From IMG/VR virus record IMGVR_UViG_3300016476_000297, positions 1 through 58,566 of that record: a DNA stretch of 58,566 bases; one strand, 5' to 3'. Position numbers and translations under genes: made by a program. Below the pieces are notes generated by a model. That model was not told where the DNA came from and searched no databases. It saw nothing but the letters and a program-made list of their open reading frames with translations. Numbering within the stretch: the stretch's first letter is position 1; every line of letters begins with the position of its first letter. This DNA is from a virus (lineage: Duplodnaviria > Caudoviricetes). Shown in pieces: positions 54,663 to 58,566 of the stretch.

Positions 54663-57600
54663 ATGTCATTCTACACTATAAACACATCAAATACAGATTT
54701 TTTATCTAATAATGAATCTGTAGTGTATGCCGGAAAAAATGGTTTTATAACTCAGATAGGTTCTATACCTGTTCGCTGCACTTCGTTAGCAGCTAACTCT
54801 AACTTTATAGTTATGCAACTAGACAATCTGTATCTTTTAGTAGACGATAATTTTAACGACCACATACTTAATGTAGCCAGTAATGTAGGTACAGGAAATG
54901 TATTTATACGAACACCAATATCTCAGTACTCGGATACTGCTAGCCAGCAAGGCTCATCTGGGTATTACAGCAAAGAATCTAATGTTACTTTAGAAGTGGT
55001 ATCTTTTGACCTACCTAGTAACACAGTCACTGTCATTAACTCTCCTACCTCTAGCGGTACTATAAGTTCTCTAATACTGCCTACGCCTTTTCAAGCTGTA
55101 TTAAATCAGCCTGTTCTAGCAAACAGCTTTTCAGCAAACTGCTTATATATTGCTGGCTCATATAAGTCTGTACCACATTACGCTAACGTTGTAGGTACTA
55201 CCTCATATGAAATGAACTTAAAAGTATCACCAAAGAGTTCTTCTGATATTAAAGTATATATAGATGATATACCAACTAATAACTTTACATGGTCTGCTAT
55301 TGAGCCTAGAAAACTGATTTTACCTTCTACTTTAAACTCTACTCAAGCATTGGCCATAGTAAACATTTATACATTACCGTCTATTGAGAGCAATGACATA
55401 GTGTCCTTCTCAACTTTCAATAATACGTATTCTGTATTATCTACTAGCTACGAAGAAACAAGCACTAATTATAACAGTAATCTTACCTCTAATTCTTTTT
55501 ATAAGATATATCTCGACAAACCTATATACTCAGACCCATTAAACTACTATCTTATAAATATATCTCAAGATTTAGAAGGCTATGTCGGCAATCTTACTTC
55601 TAATTCTTTTACAATAGATTATGAAGATTCTTATCCATACACTTATTCTTTGGCTAATGCGGGCATCTACTATATGTACCAAAAAAACAAAGTTAAGTAT
55701 ACTACTGCAAAGTTAGATGAGTATGGTACTATAGCTGGACTTTCTCCTCAAAACTACATTGTAGAAGCGACTACTATAAACAGGTATAACAGAACTAGCG
55801 CAACCGTAAAAGGGTTATTACAAATAGAAGGCGTAAAGCTGAGTAAGGTATCTTCTTTGACTGTTACAGAGAGAATTTTTATAGATACTACTGGTGGCGC
55901 GTCTATAAGCGCTACTATAGCTTTTCCACCAGTACTGGGTAGAGATGTAACCTCTTATGAAATACTTTATAGAATAGTATCAACGGATTTATCTACAGTC
56001 CCTGAATATACTAGAGTTATAGTAAATCAAGACGAATTAGTACCTGAAATACGATACACAGTAAATAATATTAATAGAGGTCCAGTTTCAGGCTATAACT
56101 CTCTTGAAGTTATAGTCACGCCACTAAATGGTAGTACAAAAGGATTTCCTACCTCCAGAGTTCAAAGTTTACTAGGTAAGCTAACATCGCCTGCTGGACT
56201 TTCCGATTTTAACGTTACTCAACAGGGGGACTCAATCATATATACTTGGCAGTTTGCACAGACTGCTGACGGATTTATTTTAGACTTGGATACAAAAGAA
56301 GTAGAAATACGAGAATATCCTGGTGTAGTTAATTTGGCAGATGAAGAAAGTGTAAATGCTGTCTGGGGCCTAGCACTAGTTGTGGACAGAATTCCATTTC
56401 CTAATACTACATTTACTACTCCTATTGCTAAATACGGCGATTACACATATCTTATACGTGTAAGAGATACTAGCAATAACGAGAGTAATAAAATAAGTGG
56501 CTCCGTAATAAGTCTAAATAGAACAATATCAAGAATTTATAAAGCCTACAATGAAGCAAAGCCTTCTGTTAATTTCGCAACTCAAGATGGTCAGGTATTT
56601 CCTAATTCTAATACTTACCCAGAATTAGACTTCCCTAGTTTCTCAGATAGTCTTTATAATGGTTTTGTTTATTCAGACAGTACTAATGTAGATAACGCTA
56701 ACGGCTCCTCTATAGGATTCTCTTTAGATGTAGTAACACCTGGAGCTCTGAGCAGTACAAATCAAGATTACGCTGAATACACTACGCAGATAAGAGATGT
56801 AGGTAGAGTTATACGAGGCTCTATAAGAATTAAACCAGTAATATCCATAGCTACTTCTATAACCTACAATGATGAATACAGACTTATTCAATCTGGTGTA
56901 TCCGATTTTCACGGTAGTGATAATCTAAGTGTAAACACGTCTATACTGGTAGACAACGCTTTTGGAGGTATAGGTTCTATTTTAGGTTTTAATAATGCCA
57001 ATGCCGCTGTTGCTAGTTACAATACCTATGCAATGACTCTTACTAGCGGTGGGCAGACTGGTAATGTGTTTGCCATAAGAAATCCAGGTCAGTTTGCTAA
57101 CGACACTGCAAATGCAAATATGTTTGCTTTTATAGCCGGTGTTATAAGTGCAAATTCAATACAGTTAGGGGAAGTCTTCTATGCTAACGGTAAAAGTACT
57201 GGGAGTAATTCTTTTGCTAATCTGTGCATTAGTGGTAACGCATATGAGTTAGTAGACCTAGCTCAATTCTTAGATACGGCGGGTAGTCTTACGTACATAG
57301 GACCTACTAGAGACATAGTTCAAAATGTGTACATAAGATACGCTACTGACAACGTATTCTATACCGCAGCTGCCAATGGCGTACCTGGCTTCCCAGGGCA
57401 CGGTAATACTAATCCAAACACTTTTGTAGGGGCGTCTGATAATGCCGACTTAGGGCTCAAAAGATATATTTCTGGAGACATCGACTTTAGGTACTTCCAA
57501 ATTAAACTACAATATTCAAACAAAGAACCTAGTGTTACCAGCGTAATTCTTGAACAATTTAACTATGAAGTAGACGTACAAGAAAAAACATTCAGTGCAT

Positions 57601-57821
57601 TAAAACAGGTATCTAGTAATGCTGGAGTCTTTGTTGATTACAGTTTTAAAAATTATATAGAGAGTCCAAAAGTTTCAGCTACTATGTACGGAGCTACTGG
57701 GGGTTACTTAGTATCTGTATCTAATGTGTCTAGTATAGGATGTAATGTACGAGTCTATCAATCTAATAACGGGTTAGCAGTTTCTGGATATAACGTTTCG
57801 GTAACTGCTATAGGTATATAA
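54663..57821 (+). CDS. tail tip protein J-like, C-terminal part (FN3-like domains, host specificity)
   Basis: GK...P.....F, W......D....EIR, Y.Y.IR..DTS.NES; follows the J N-terminal gene. Confidence 0.7.
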   Translation: MSFYTINTSNTDFLSNNESVVYAGKNGFITQIGSIPVRCTSLAANSNFIVMQLDNLYLLVDDNFNDHILNVASNVGTGNVFIRTPISQYSDTASQQGSSGYYSKESNVTLEVVSFDLPSNTVTVINSPTSSGTISSLILPTPFQAVLNQPVLANSFSANCLYIAGSYKSVPHYANVVGTTSYEMNLKVSPKSSSDIKVYIDDIPTNNFTWSAIEPRKLILPSTLNSTQALAIVNIYTLPSIESNDIVSFSTFNNTYSVLSTSYEETSTNYNSNLTSNSFYKIYLDKPIYSDPLNYYLINISQDLEGYVGNLTSNSFTIDYEDSYPYTYSLANAGIYYMYQKNKVKYTTAKLDEYGTIAGLSPQNYIVEATTINRYNRTSATVKGLLQIEGVKLSKVSSLTVTERIFIDTTGGASISATIAFPPVLGRDVTSYEILYRIVSTDLSTVPEYTRVIVNQDELVPEIRYTVNNINRGPVSGYNSLEVIVTPLNGSTKGFPTSRVQSLLGKLTSPAGLSDFNVTQQGDSIIYTWQFAQTADGFILDLDTKEVEIREYPGVVNLADEESVNAVWGLALVVDRIPFPNTTFTTPIAKYGDYTYLIRVRDTSNNESNKISGSVISLNRTISRIYKAYNEAKPSVNFATQDGQVFPNSNTYPELDFPSFSDSLYNGFVYSDSTNVDNANGSSIGFSLDVVTPGALSSTNQDYAEYTTQIRDVGRVIRGSIRIKPVISIATSITYNDEYRLIQSGVSDFHGSDNLSVNTSILVDNAFGGIGSILGFNNANAAVASYNTYAMTLTSGGQTGNVFAIRNPGQFANDTANANMFAFIAGVISANSIQLGEVFYANGKSTGSNSFANLCISGNAYELVDLAQFLDTAGSLTYIGPTRDIVQNVYIRYATDNVFYTAAANGVPGFPGHGNTNPNTFVGASDNADLGLKRYISGDIDFRYFQIKLQYSNKEPSVTSVILEQFNYEVDVQEKTFSALKQVSSNAGVFVDYSFKNYIESPKVSATMYGATGGYLVSVSNVSSIGCNVRVYQSNNGLAVSGYNVSVTAIGI

Positions 57822-57822
57822 C

Positions 57823-58182
57823 ATGCAATTAAAATTAATACTAATAGGGCTACTTCTAACATCAGCTGTTGGGTATTTCTACTACACACAAAACAAAATA
57901 CAACATCTAACTGCTCAGAATGCACAATTAATACAACAAAACGAGCAATATAAGCTGGCAGTAGCTGAACTAGAGAGTGCTATGAGAAAACAAAGCGAGC
58001 TGTCTGTTCAGTATAATGAGCAGGCAAGAGCAGCTCAAAAGTTAGCTAATGAAGCTCTGTCTGCTATAGACGACAATAACCTAGAACTGCTAAGTTTTGC
58101 CAAGCCAACTCTAGTGGAGCGCAGAATTAACTCAGCTACTAAAAAACTCTTTGAAGGAATAGAAAATGAAGTTAATAATTAA
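57823..58182 (+). CDS. inner-membrane spanin-like protein (Rz-like)
   Basis: N-terminal TM helix followed by coiled coil; overlaps a lipoprotein gene. Confidence 0.65.
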   Translation: MQLKLILIGLLLTSAVGYFYYTQNKIQHLTAQNAQLIQQNEQYKLAVAELESAMRKQSELSVQYNEQARAAQKLANEALSAIDDNNLELLSFAKPTLVERRINSATKKLFEGIENEVNN

Positions 58183-58489
58183 TATCTTAGCACTTTTTAT
58201 GCTAACTGCGTGTGCCTCTGCTCCGGAGATTGTTCCTTTAGAGCCTGTTAAAACAACTATTACAGTAGCTCCGGCACCCAAACCTTCACCTGTTTCTTTA
58301 AAACCTGTAGAGTTCAAAGTAATAACAGACAAAACTAAGCAAGCTTTAGACAAGGAAAGAGTATGGTATGGTATAACAGTTAAGAGTTATGAAAACCTAG
58401 CATACAACACACAAGAACTTTTAAGAGTTATAAGAGAGCAGAAAGCCGCAATAAACTACTATGAAGGCTTATACATAGGCTCTAATTGA
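58166..58489 (+). CDS. outer-membrane spanin-like lipoprotein (Rz1-like)
   Basis: Signal peptide with lipobox LTAC, Pro-rich linker. Confidence 0.7.
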   Translation: MKLIINILALFMLTACASAPEIVPLEPVKTTITVAPAPKPSPVSLKPVEFKVITDKTKQALDKERVWYGITVKSYENLAYNTQELLRVIREQKAAINYYEGLYIGSN

Positions 58490-58508
58490 TACTTCTTAAA
58501 AATAAAAA

Positions 58509-58536
58509 TTGACATTACTGTAGTTAGTAGTATAAT
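58509..58536 (+). promoter_or_regulatory. sigma70-type promoter for next gene (ATG at 58558)
   Basis: TTGACA-16-TATAAT, then AAGGAG RBS. Confidence 0.6.
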
Positions 58537-58566
58537 TATAGCATAAGGAGTTTATAAATGTCAGAA

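Noticed and set aside
12229-58353. Minus-strand ORFs within the virion module
   Set aside because: All lie antisense to long structural genes and lack independent signals
11292-58489. Stop-codon recoding suggested by abundant CTAG/TAG
   Set aside because: Genes are full length and tightly packed under the standard code; the TAG excess comes from CTA-G and ATA-G codon junctions

Overview
This window is a segment of a large lytic T5-related siphovirus, probably of an alphaproteobacterial host (inferred from GANTC-loaded promoters). Part 1 (1 to ~10850) is GC-rich and looks like the pre-early/terminal-repeat region. It holds ~25 small, mostly minus-strand genes: a T5 A2-like DNA-binding protein, NDT-like enzyme, HAD phosphatase, SleB-type hydrolase, GIY-YIG and HNH nucleases, RMF-like and bL12-like proteins, 2 tRNAs and several structured RNA candidates. 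These genes are organised as cassette-like units, each with a sigma70 promoter that usually carries a positioned GANTC/YGAKTCG motif. The units are separated by 14 copies of a 48-bp dyad with fixed geometry: IHF-like arm - N6 - RGCGCY - N6 - inverted IHF-like arm. Part 2 (~10850-11230) is a non-coding junction with helically phased CTCAC repeats, a candidate genome end or packaging signal. Part 3 (11292-58566) is an AT-rich plus-strand virion module. In order it carries TerS, a 14.5-kb block of fibre/beta-propeller genes, TerL, HNH, portal, a protease-capsid fusion, neck and tail genes, a frameshifted chaperone, a 3550-aa tape measure, a lambda-like tail tip (M/L/K/I/split J) and two spanin-like genes. 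All assignments come from motif reading and recalled family features; no database searches were run.
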